A stretch of DNA of 64,000 nt. Origin: Anthoceros angustus (lineage: Eukaryota; Plantae; Anthocerotophyta). The notes below the pieces were generated by a model. The model searched no databases. It was not told the DNA's origin and worked only from the letters and a program-made list of their open reading frames with translations. A program made the translations under genes and the position numbers. Location: assembly GCA_010909165.1 (NCBI GenBank), contig VJWM01000187.1, forward strand, positions 248,001 to 312,000, written 5' to 3'. This document shows positions 25,713 through 36,900 of this stretch, in pieces; position 1 is the stretch's first letter, and each line of letters begins with the position of its first letter.

Positions 25713-28700
25713 TTATGGACGACGAGAAAGTCGCACTCCATACAAGTCTTTATGCCTATGATTTTGAGAATGTAGCTCATCCCCGACTAGAAAGCTATGC
25801 ACCAGTCCGCCCTTGTCTGTCCACCAGGTTTGACCTGGCTGCTTCCATGCCCTCGCTCTTTTTCTTCTCGCCTTCATGCCTTCTGCCTGCTCCCACATCT
25901 GGGCACCAGTGTAAATGTTGGACAATAATAGATATGCTGCAGAATCTTTCTTTTCAAGCATGACTGCTTCATGGAAAGCAAGACGTCCCACCTCCACATT
26001 GCTCCACTTTCGACAAGCACCCAGCAGCGTGTGCCAAACAGCGGAGCTAGGCACTCCAGGCATTGATCCTACCAAAGCTAGTGCCTCTTGCAATTGTCCT
26101 GCTCGGCCCAGGAGATCAACCATGGACGTGTAGTGGTCCTCCGTGGGAGTGACGCTGTACGCTGGGCTCATACCCTCAAAGATTTCCCGCCCCTCCTTGA
26201 CTAGACCTGCATGACTGCATACTGTGAGCACGCTAAGGAATGTGATGCTATCTGGTGTTATTTTTTCGTCTTTCATTCTATGGACCAAGTCAAAGACTGC
26301 CTCACTCTCCCCATGGCAGCTGTAGCCTGCAATCAGAGCATTCCAGGTCACAAGGCTTTTTTCAGACAGCGTATCAAACACTTGTTGTGCGTCAACAAGG
26401 CTCCCGGACTTCCCATACATGTTAATCAAACTGTCAGCTACAAACAGGTTGGCCTGCAAGCCTTGTTCTAAAATCTGTACATGTATCTGCCTTCCAAGAT
26501 GCAGGGCAGCTACATTTGCGCATGCCTGGAGGAGGCAGACAAATGTCGAGGAATCAGGTACCGCTATGCCTTCTTCTAGCATCGCCCTGTAGAACCGAAG
26601 GGCTTCCTGCCCCATGCCCTCCTGAGAATATCCTGCTATCATGGCAGTCCAAGTCACCACGTCTTTTCGACCAAGTCCGTCAAAAACTGTCTTCGCATCC
26701 TGCAAGCTGCCACACTTTGCATACATGTTTACCAAACTGCTGGCTACAAACACATCAGCATCATAACCTCGTGCTCTGATCTGTGTATGAAGTTGCTTCC
26801 CCTTCTCCAAACCTGGGGTTCCCACATTTGCACATGCCCGCAGGAGGCACAAAAATGTCACAGAGTCGGGTGTATCTAAGCTTTCTTGTTGCATAGCACT
26901 ATAGAGGCGAAGGGCCTCCTGCCCCATGCCCTCCTGGGCATACCCTGTGATCAAGGCATTCCATGTCACCACATTCTTTTGACCAAGTGCATCAAACACT
27001 CTCTGAGCATCTGCTACGCTGCCACACTTTGCATACATATTTACCAAACTGCTGGCTACAAACACATCACTTTCGTATCCTTGCTCTCTGATCTGCATAT
27101 GGAGCTCCTTTCCTTTGGCCAATGCCAGGGTACCCACACTCGCACATGCCTGCAGAAGGCGAACGAATGTCACGGAATCTGGTACAGTGATGCGATCTTC
27201 TTGCATAGCACTGTACAGATGGAGGGCTTTCTGCCCCATGCCCTCCTTGGAATACCCTGCTATCATAGCATTCCATACCACCACATTTCTTCGGTCAAGT
27301 CTGTAGAACACTCTTTCAGCATCCTCCAAGCTGCCACACTTTGTATACATGTATACCAAACTAGTAGCTACAAATGTATCGTGATCATGTCCTTGTTCAC
27401 CAATTTGCAAATGCAGCTGCCTCCCCTTCTCCAGAGCTGGGGTACCCACACTTGCACATGCCTGCAGGAGGCACAAAATGTCACAGAGTCGGGTGTATCT
27501 AAGCTTTTGTTGCATAGCACTATAGAGGCGAAGGGCTCCTGCCCCATGCCCTCCTGGGCATACCTGTGATCAAGGCATTCCATGTCACCACATTCTTTGA
27601 CCAAGTGCATCAAACACTCTGAGCATCTGCTACGCTGCCACACTTTGCATACATATTTACCAAACTGCTGGCTACAAACACATCACTTTCGTATCCTTGC
27701 TCCTCTGATCTGCATATGGAGCTCCTTTCCTTTGGCCAATGCCAGGGTACCCACACTCGCACATGCCTGCAGAAGGCGAACGAACACGGAATCTGGTACA
27801 GTGATATCTCTTGCATAGCACTGTACAGATGGAGGGCTTTCTGCCCCATGCCCTCCTTGGAATACCCTGCTACACATAGCATTCCATACCACCACATTTC
27901 TTCGGCCAAGTCTCAGAACACTCTTTCAGCATCCTCCAAGCTGCCACACTTTGTATACATGTATACCAAACTAGCTAGCAAATGTATCGTGATCATGTCC
28001 TTGTTCACCAATTTGCAAATGCAGCTGCCTCCCCTTCTCCAGAGCTGGGGTACCCACACTTGCACATGCCTGCAGGAGGCACACAAACATCACAGAATCG
28101 GGCACAACCACACCCTCTTCTAGCATCGCACTGTAGAGACGAAGGGCCTCCTGCCCCATGCCCTGCTGGGCATACCCAGCTATTATGGCAGTCCATGTCA
28201 CCACATCCTTTTGACCCAGTCCATCGAATACCCTTTGAGCGTCTTCTAAGCTGCCACACTTTGCATACATGTCTACCAAGCAACTCCAAAGGAACAAATC
28301 AGGCTTAACACCACTGGCCAACACATCAGCATGCACCTGCTGCCCAGTTATCAAGTCTGACCCTCTTGCACAAGCCTGGAGGGCTGCCACAAACACATGG
28401 CCATCTGCCTTGACACCAGACCTGCGCATCCGATCATACAGTTGTATCGCCTGCTTGTCTTGTCCATGCTTGACATGTGCGGAGATAATGGCAGACCACG
28501 TGAAGGCATCCGGTTTGGTAACTGCTTCAAAAACGTCCATCGCGTCTTGCAGCCTTCCATGAGAAGCATATATTCGCAGAACGTGAAAGCCCAGGAATGT
28601 ATCTGACTCGTACCCCTTTTTCACCATGAAAGCATGGATGCGGCTCCCAAGAACAACATCCTTAACCACCATACATTTCCTTAGGACAGGATGGAAGAGA

Positions 28701-28804
28701 GATTTGGGAACAAAACCGTCTGTCTGCAGCAGAACTTCCAAAGCCTTAACCGCATCCGTGAGTTGACCCTCCTGACATAGCTTTCTCACCGTTTCAATCG
28801 TCAC
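25713..28804 (-). CDS. PLS-class PPR protein (E1-E2-WW-type PG box, no DYW); candidate organellar RNA-editing specificity factor (PPR-A)
   Basis: ORFs 27971-28804 and 25713-27515 with repeated P/L/S motifs, ending EDHYTSMVDLLGRAG...KQPGQTWWTDKGGLVHSFLVG. 28804 follows a TTTTAG acceptor, so an upstream exon is likely. Contains a ~620 bp internal duplication. Confidence 0.88.
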
Positions 28805-30206
28805 GCTAAAATATACGCCACCGTGCCTCAGACTCCACGGCCAGTTGTTGAATTTCTTGCCTCGAAGGACCTTAACATAAAACGGACATGCAGAGTTTTA
28901 CAAATACCTGTGCACAAGTCAATAGCAGCCCTATACACAAATGGAGTGCTGCAGCCATACAGATCAGTGATAATCTCTAAAGTATCACCTACACAGCTAG
29001 TCAACACAGCACCGTCGAAACCCTATTTTCCAATGGCACGGCCTTTCTCATACGAGTATCAACTTGAGCATGTAAGGAGGGACAAACACAATTGAAGGTG
29101 GAACGACTTACTCGCATTGCATGAAGAGAAAGCATAGTTTATGCAGAGAAGACATCATAACGTTGTTGGGAAGAACAGGAGATCTCTGATGAACCCATTC
29201 ATGTGAATGCTGCCGTAAAGCACCATGAATCCCATCCATGTGACAGAAGTGCAACGAAGTTCTGAAGCTTCGTCACGCGGGAAAAGCCATGATGTAGTAC
29301 ATGCCTCCATGGCTACTAATATGCCCACATTACCAACAGCAAAACAAGATTGTCCTCCTCAATCGGCGAACCCAACCCAATTCTGCCAAACGAATGCAAA
29401 TGACAACAGACCTACCTCAACAAGTAGCGAGACATGTAACGGGTCAACCTACCATAATCCGTGAAGGATGAGATACAGTTACGGAGGTTGCTTATATGCG
29501 CTCGCGTGGCTAAAAGACCATGTGCTGAGTGGAAATGAGGGGAGTCTACCGTTCCTCGTTTTTCATTACGATTCGACGTCGTTCCTCGGCTCGCTGAAAT
29601 CGATTACCACAGTCTTCCAGTGGACAGAGAAAGGTTTTCCCATTATGTACTGTTGCACTAAGCTACATCAACAGTAGTGTATGCAAATGGTAATGAGCTT
29701 GATGGAACATGGGAGTCCTCAACATGCCTCCCGATTTCGGCTCGAGACGTGATGTTGTCAACCTTCCAGCAGCCAGGATTCATTCTTCCTGCGCCCAGGT
29801 TGGATGGATGTACTGTCTCCAGCGAGCAACACGAAGGCCTGGTGGAAGGCCTGAACAAGAGTGCCAACGGATCCCTGATATATTTGCTCTCAAGAACCAC
29901 TCTTTTATAGCTGCTATCTTGAACGAGCCGCATCCCAACCCTCCTGACTCGCTCAGTCAAGAACAGAGACGCCACAGAAGCTCTAATTGCGGATCAGGAT
30001 ACCAGCCAGACAAGGTTCGCATAACAACTCAATTTGGGGGCAGGCGGATTCCGCTGGGCAATCACACCGAAGCGCCAGCCTGTCAAGAAAATAAATCGCA
30101 TAGCGGAAGAGTACAAGCCGCCAAAGGCCACCAACACTATCTCCGCAACCGCTTTGGTCACAAGTTCCTACCGTAACAAAAAGAAAACTTCCTGCCCTCC
30201 CAATAT

Positions 30207-31122
30207 TCAATATATCCGGACGGGCTTTCCCATGGTGGTCTTGAGATAAAGCACCCTCACCTGCCACAAGCACGCTGGATTTTCAGACAAGCAAGCAACA
30301 CAATGAAGAGAAGAGGCAAGGAGAGGAGAATCCGAAACTCACGTTCTGCCAGTTCTTCTTCAATAAGGAGACTAGGAAGTTGACGCTGAGCTGCACGTTT
30401 TGGAAGATCTGCTTCTCCTCCATGTCACAGTTTCCGACGGCAACCCCCATGCACAGCACCTTTTTCAACTGAAACTTCACCATGGACTTGGTCTCAGCAA
30501 CCTTGGACTCGAGCGATTCCTGGTGCGACACGAGAGCCGGAAACTTGCCGGCCTTGTTCAAACCAGGGCCGAGGAGCCTAGGAATTTGCTTTATCACAGC
30601 CTCGGAAGCCAGAAACGCGTGGTACTTCTTAGCCAGCTTCTTCACCAACTTTTTGTTTTTGTTGAGCTTCTTCAAGCTCTCCACATCCATATTGTCCAAT
30701 CCGATCTTCTCCGCCTGCGTTTAACGAAAAAAATAAACAGAGCTGCAGCAATGCGAACAATGCCATCACTCTGAGCCGGCTGATACGAGGCTGCAGGAAT
30801 GAAACCTACCTCCTCAATGTGCTGCGCGTCTCCGAGCATACAGACTTTCATTTTCGGGCGAGGTTCATGCGGCAGCCGGACAGAGCCGCTGAAACGTTTA
30901 TCCTTCTGCGGGTCATAGTTCTTCAACCCTATCTGCAGCTCCACAGTCTGCGAAAACTTCTTCGGCTTCTCCTTCACGTCGGCCAGAATCTGGGAGATTG
31001 TCTCCCTCACAACCTCAGCCTGCAGCTTACTGCAACATCCCAACACCAATCCCAGTTATCTCCACAGCGACGCGCTCGCGAGCCTCGCCATATCCACGGA
31101 ATCCACGTCCGACATACCTCAT
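30207..31122 (-). CDS. RPL10A: 60S ribosomal protein uL1 (L10a)
   Basis: Exons 31122-31118, 31029-30810, 30714-30343 and 30260-30207, all with GT-AG introns. Total 651 nt = 216 aa, MSKLQAEVV...[21 protein letters not shown]...[11 protein letters not shown]. Confidence 0.97.
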
Positions 31123-31200
31123 GGTTGGTCCTGCACCAGCGCAGCCACTCCCAGCCTCCTCCGCGCTTTCCAAAGGGATCTAATAGAATCGGACACCCCG

Positions 31201-32402
31201 TTTTGTTCTAGGGCAAACTTGAGCCTAACCCCGACACCACTTGACCTAACCAAACCCAACCACTCACGCGGGCGGTCTCAACGAGTAACGGGCACTGAAA
31301 CAAAGTAGAAAAGTGAAAAATTAAAAGAAGTAAAAAACTAAGTTAGTAGCTACCCTATTAAGAAGGTGCATGTGTTGCATGCTTCCTACAATCTCCTATT
31401 AGAGAGGAATTGCTACAGCCACTAATGAAGAGCTGCTTAGAGAGGACTCTTAGTGATGAGTGATCTGTAAAAATTCCCTGAGTTAACAGTTGCCTAGTTG
31501 AGGTCAGGCTACGGGATATATAAGGGCTAGAGCATTAAATATGATACACTCACTCATGGAAAGAGAGCAGGCAAGTGGGTGTTGCAAGCCTTGTGTTGAG
31601 AGAGAGCTGTGGAGAGCTTAGCTAGTGAGTAAGCTTGTCATTGGAGTCAAGGGCAGTGAGTCAAGGGCAGTAGTGTAGTGAGTTGGAGTCAAGGGCAGTG
31701 AGTCAAGGGCAGTAGTGTAGTGAGTTGGAGTCAAGGGCAGTGAGTCAAGGAGTGTAGTGAGTTGGAGTCAATGGCAGTGAGTCAAGGGCAATAGTGTAGT
31801 GAGTTGGAGTCAAGGGCAGTGAGTCAAGGGAAGTAATGTAGTGAGTTGGAGTCAAGGGCAGTAGTGTAGTGAGTTGGAGTCAAGGGCAGCGAGTCAAGGG
31901 CAGTGAGTCAAGGGCAGTAGTGTAGTGAGTTGGAGTCAAGGGCAGTGAGTCAATGGCAGTAGTGTAGTGAGTTGGAGTCAAGGGCAGTAGTGAGTTGGAG
32001 TCAAGGGCAATAGTGAGTTGGAGTCAAGGGCAATAGTGAGTTGGGTGTAGATAGCCAGACTCCATCCTTGTATTCTTTCAATAAAGAGCTGCACCTCGAG
32101 GAAGTGGCCTACGAGTCGTCGGTGGATGGCGGGCCACTTGGAGCCTAGTGCTGTGTCGCAAGGTTGAGAGCACTGAGAATCGTGCAAGTCTCTTGTGGAG
32201 TGAATTTGCGAGGTCCTAGACCATTGGGAAGCCAGCACTTGTCGCTTCCTTACTGGTTGCATAGTGAGGGGCGAAGCTTCTTTACTGGCCCCCGTAGTGA
32301 GGGGCGCGGACAACCTCTTTTTGTTTTAGGGCAAATTTGAGCCTAACTTCGACACCACCCGACCTAATCAAACCCAATAACTGATCGCGGGCAGTTTCAA
32401 CG
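31201..32402. repeat. ~83-bp diverged direct repeats (31201-31283, 32319-32402) bracketing a ~1 kb LTR-like insert upstream of RPL10A
   Basis: Both repeats read TTTTGTTxTAGGGCAAAxTTGAGCCTAAC...TCAACG. The insert starts near TGTTGCA (31373) and has a TATATAA at ~31516; no TSD found. Confidence 0.6.
31643..32044. repeat. Minisatellite built from GAGTCAAGGGCAGT and AGTGTAGTGAGTTG sub-units (~28-42 bp period)
   Basis: Directly visible tandem array of ~400 bp. Confidence 0.92.
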
Positions 32403-32459
32403 TCCTTTTCTAGGTACATGCATTGGTAATGAGAAGAATGAAGAAGAACATTTTTATTT

Positions 32460-32780
32460 AAGTCCATTAAGGACGGATTTTCGTCATGGGTATTAAACAA
32501 CTTGTATCATGGTGTGCCTAAGCTACTTGCATCCACTCCCTTTAGGCACTGATGTGCCTAAGCTACTTGCATTCACTCCTTTTAGGCATCATTGCCTAAG
32601 CTACTTGCAATCACTCCCTTTAGGCATTGATGTGCCTCAAGCTACTTGCATCTACTCCCTTTAGGATCAGTGTCTAAGCTACTTGCATCTACTCCCTTTA
32701 GGCACCCCATCTAAGTACCGATCCAAGTGCAGGATGCTTAATAACGACGTTCTTATAAATGTGTCCATTTGGCCTAATGT
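32460..32780. repeat. Dispersed repeat with five internal ~40-bp tandem units (GCCTAAGCTACTTGCAxxxACTCCCTTTAGG); second copy at 59480-59665
   Basis: Both loci share the flanks GGATTTxCGTCATGGG...AACAACTTGTA and CACCCCATCTAAGTACCGAT...GTGTCCATTTGGCCTAA. Confidence 0.8.
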
Positions 32781-33964
32781 GGTCAATCTGTGTGGCGAGG
32801 GATGGTAAGGGATGACGAAGGGTGGTGAGGGACGACATGGTCTTGATATATGGTTACGATGATCAAGTTAAGATTGCAATGGAGAAGCTTGTGGATCAAG
32901 TACCTCTGGGGTGAACGTAAATTTATCCAATATCGAGGCACATATATGAAAGAAAAAGGTTGGCATTTTTTTTCAACCGTTGATGGCGGAGAATGTTCCG
33001 GATTTGTTCTCTACATGGGTGGGTGTAGGGAATCACGGCACTTGCACGAAAGAAAAGAAATGTAGTAAATGTCTCACATGGGTACGTGCAGATAATCAAA
33101 CACTTGGATGGATGAAAAGGAATGTTTTAAAAGTCTTAAATTTGTTAACCAAAATTTGTTAATAAATTGTGTAGGACAAACCACCGCATATATAAATGAT
33201 CATGTTTTGCACTGTATACTGATTCCACATAATTTCCTGCATACCCAACAAGCATACCCAACAAGGCCACCATGACAGTAAAACTATTTCAAATTACACT
33301 AGATACTAAGTTAATTTGATGTCATCAAAGCTTTCTTTGCTTTAAATATATTTTCTGTAGATATAAATAAAAATAAAGACAGATATTATATTATTATATA
33401 TGATATGTTTATAGTAGTTTATTATATAATATTTTTTGGAAATTAATAACGGGTTTGTCAGAAGATTTTGCTGCAAATGCTATGTATTCATGAAGGCACG
33501 CCTAAAGTAATATCTGGTATGGAAGAGGCGATGGGACTGAACAATGAATGGAACGGTTGTTCCATCGCTGAATGAAAGAAGAGCCTGGTCCCGCTAGTGC
33601 ACGGTGTGTGCTCCCGCGAGCCATGGCTGGTGGGTATACCGGTCGTCTGGGAAGGGCTTCGGGCCGTCTGGCTTCAAGGAACCAAGGGTTGGCGCTCAAC
33701 CAAATCAGGAGCTGCAGCAAAATTGCAAGAAAGCCAACCCGTCCTAGAGGATGTCTGGCCTCAGACACTCGTCGGTCTTCCAGCCAGGGCCCTCGCCAGG
33801 AGCACTTGTGGCCACAATTTTCTCGAGACCCCAAGCTTGGGTGGGATGACAGGTAACAAGATCAAAGCATCCCTTTGGCTGATGTGTGATATGGGAGGTC
33901 TTCTGGCCGAATTTCCTTTCAGGGTTGTCCTGACCCTCGCAGGCCTGCAGGTTACGACAGGGGC

Positions 33965-36900
33965 GTGACAGCGGAAACCGTCCGCAAGCTATGTCGGGAG
34001 GACCGGCTGGTTGAGGCAGTTGGGGCTCTGGAAGGTCTGATGCGGGCAGGCTCTTGTATTTCCAAGTCCCTCTTTTATGTGGTGCTGAAGAATTGTGTAG
34101 CGCGGAGGGACCTTGTTTTGGGAAGCCGTGTCCATGCTCTTACGGTGCAAAAGGGGTACCAGTCAGATACGTTCCTGGGCAACCACATCCTGCGCATGTA
34201 TGCTTCGCACGGCAGGTTGCAAGACGCGATGGATGTGTTTGAACTGGTTGTCAGACCCGATGCCTTCATGTGGTCTTCCATAATTTCTGCCCAGGCTAAG
34301 TGCGGGAATGGCAGGCAGGCGATAGAACTGTATCATCGGATGCGTAGGTCCGGTGTGAAGCCGGATGGCCATGTGTTTGTGGCAGCCCTTCAGGCTTGTG
34401 CAATGGGATCAGACTTGAAAACCGGTCAGCAGGTGCATGCTGATGTGTTGGCCAGGAGGGTGGAGACTGATTTGTTTGTGGGTAACGCCTTGGTGAACAT
34501 GTATGCAAAATGTGGCAGCTTGGAAGAGGGGCAAAGAGTGTTTGATGGACTTGGTTGCAAGGATATAGTGACGTGGAATGCTATGATAGCAGGATATTCC
34601 CAGCATGGCTTGGGGCAGGAAGCCCTTCGTCTGTACAGTGCTATGAACGACGAATGCATCGCTGTCCCAGATGCAGTGACATTTGTGTCCCTCCTCCAGG
34701 CGTGTGCGAGTTTGGGTGCAACAGCATTGGAGGAGGGAAGGCATCTTCATGTGAAAGTTAGAGAACATGGATTTCAAGCCAATGTGTGTGTAGCCAACAG
34801 TTTGGTGAACATGTATGCAAAGTGTGGCGGTTTGAAGGACGCTCAAAGAGTGTTTGACGGGCTTGATCACAAAGATGTGGTGACATGGAATGCTATGATA
34901 GCAGGATACGCCCAGCAGGCAGGGCAGGAAGCCCTTGGTATGTACAGTGCTATGGAAGAAAATGGTGTGGCTGTACCTGATTCCGTGACGCTTGTTTGCT
35001 TGTTGCGAGCCTGCGCAAGCATTGGCGCCCTGGCGTTGGAGATGGGGAAGCACCTTCATACACAGATTGTAATACGAGGGCAACTATCTGATGTGTTTGT
35101 AGCCAGCAGCTTGGTAAACATGTATGCCAAGTGTGGGGACTTAGAAGGGGCTGAAAGAGTATTTGATGGACTAGCTCAAAAAAATGAGGTGACGTGGACT
35201 GCCATGATAGCAGGATACTCCCAACAGGGCATGGGACAGAAGGCCCTTGGTCTCTACAGTGCTATGCTAGAAGAGGGTATGGGTATGGGTGTAGCCAATT
35301 CTGTGACAATTGTGTGCCTCTTGCAGGCATGTGCTAGTGTTGGGACTACAGTCTTGGAAAAGGGAATGCAGCTTCATAATCTGGTTGTAGAACAAGGACA
35401 TCAAGCTGATGTGTGATATGGGAGGTCTTCTGGCCGAATTTCCTTTCAGGGTTGTCCTGACCTCGCAGGCCTGCAGGTTACGACAGGGGCGTGACAGCGG
35501 AAACCGTCCGCAAGCTATGTCGGGAGGACCGGCTGGTTGAGGCAGTTGGGGCTCTGGAAGGTCTGATGCGGGCAGGCTCTTGTATTTCCAAGTCCCTCTT
35601 TTATGTGGTGCTGAAGAATTGTGTAGCGCGGAGGGACCTTGTTTTGGGAAGCCGTGTCCATGCTCTTACGGTGCAAAAGGGGTACCAGTCAGATACGTTC
35701 CTGGGCAACCACATCCTGCGCATGCTTCGCACGGCAGGTTGCAAGACGCGATGGATGTGTTTGAACTGGTTGTCAGACCCGATGCCTTCATGTGGTCTTC
35801 CATAATTTCTGCCCAGGCTAAGTGCGGAATGGCAGGCAGGCGATAGAACTGTATCATCGGATGCGTAGGTCCGGTGTGAAGCCGGATGGCCATGTGTTTG
35901 TGGCAGCCCTTCAGGCTTGTGCAATGGGATCAGACTTGAAAACCGGTCAGCAGGTGCATGCTGATGTGTTGGCCAGGAGGGTGGAGACTGATTTGTTTGT
36001 GGGTAACGCCTTGGTGAACATGTATGCAAAATGTGGCAGCTTGGAAGAGGGGCAAAGAGTGTTTGATGGACTTGGTTGCAAGGATATAGTGACGTGGAAT
36101 GCTATGATAGCAGGATATTCCCAGCATGGCTTGGGGCAGGAAGCCCTTCGTCTGTACAGTGCTATGAACGACGAATGCATCGCTGTCCCAGATGCAGTGA
36201 CATTTGTGTCCCTCCTCCAGGCGTGTGCGAGTTTGGGTGCAACAGCATTGGAGGAGGGAAGGCATCTTCATGTGAAAGTTAGAGAACATGGATTGCCAAT
36301 GTGTGTAGCCAACAGTTTGGTGAACATGTATGCAAAGTGTGGCGGTTTGAAGGACGCTCAAAGAGTGTTTGACGGGCTTGATCACAAAGATGTGGTGACA
36401 TGGAATGCTATGATAGCAGGATACGCCCAGCAGGGCAAGGGGCAGGAAGCCCTTGGTATGTACAGTGCTATGGAAGAAAATGGTGTGGCTGTACCTGATT
36501 CCGTGACGTTTGTTTGCTTGTTGCGAGCCTGCGCAAGCATTGGCGCCCTGGCGTTGGAGATGGGGAAGCACCTTCATACACAGATTGTAATACGAGGGCA
36601 ACTATCTGATGTGTTTGTAGCCAGCAGCTTGGTAAACATGTATGCCAAGTGTGGGGACTTAGAAGGGGCTGAAAGAGTATTTGATGGACTAGCTCAAAAA
36701 AATGAGGTGACGTGGACTGCCATGATAGCAGGATACTCCCAACAGGGCATGGGACAGAAGGCCCTTGGTCTCTACAGTGCTATGCTAGAAGAGGGTATGG
36801 GTATGGGTGTAGCCAATTCTGTGACAATTGTGTGCCTCTTGCAGGCATGTGCTAGTGTTGGGACTACAGTCTTGGAAAAGGGAATGCAGCTTCATAATCT

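Noticed and set aside
29095-30180. Short ORFs between PPR-A and RPL10A (29658-29975, 29709-30176, 29983-30273)
   Set aside because: No recognisable domains. They overlap the RPL10A 3' end or the probable PPR-A 5' exon/intron region and cannot be supported as genes.
31643-32044. CRISPR-like or telomere-like array
   Set aside because: No unique spacers and not TTTAGGG-type; an ordinary minisatellite.
27971-35491. Track-reported GTG starts at 28804, 33965 and 35491 as real initiation codons
   Set aside because: Each lies just downstream of a splice acceptor, so these are internal exons of a eukaryotic gene.
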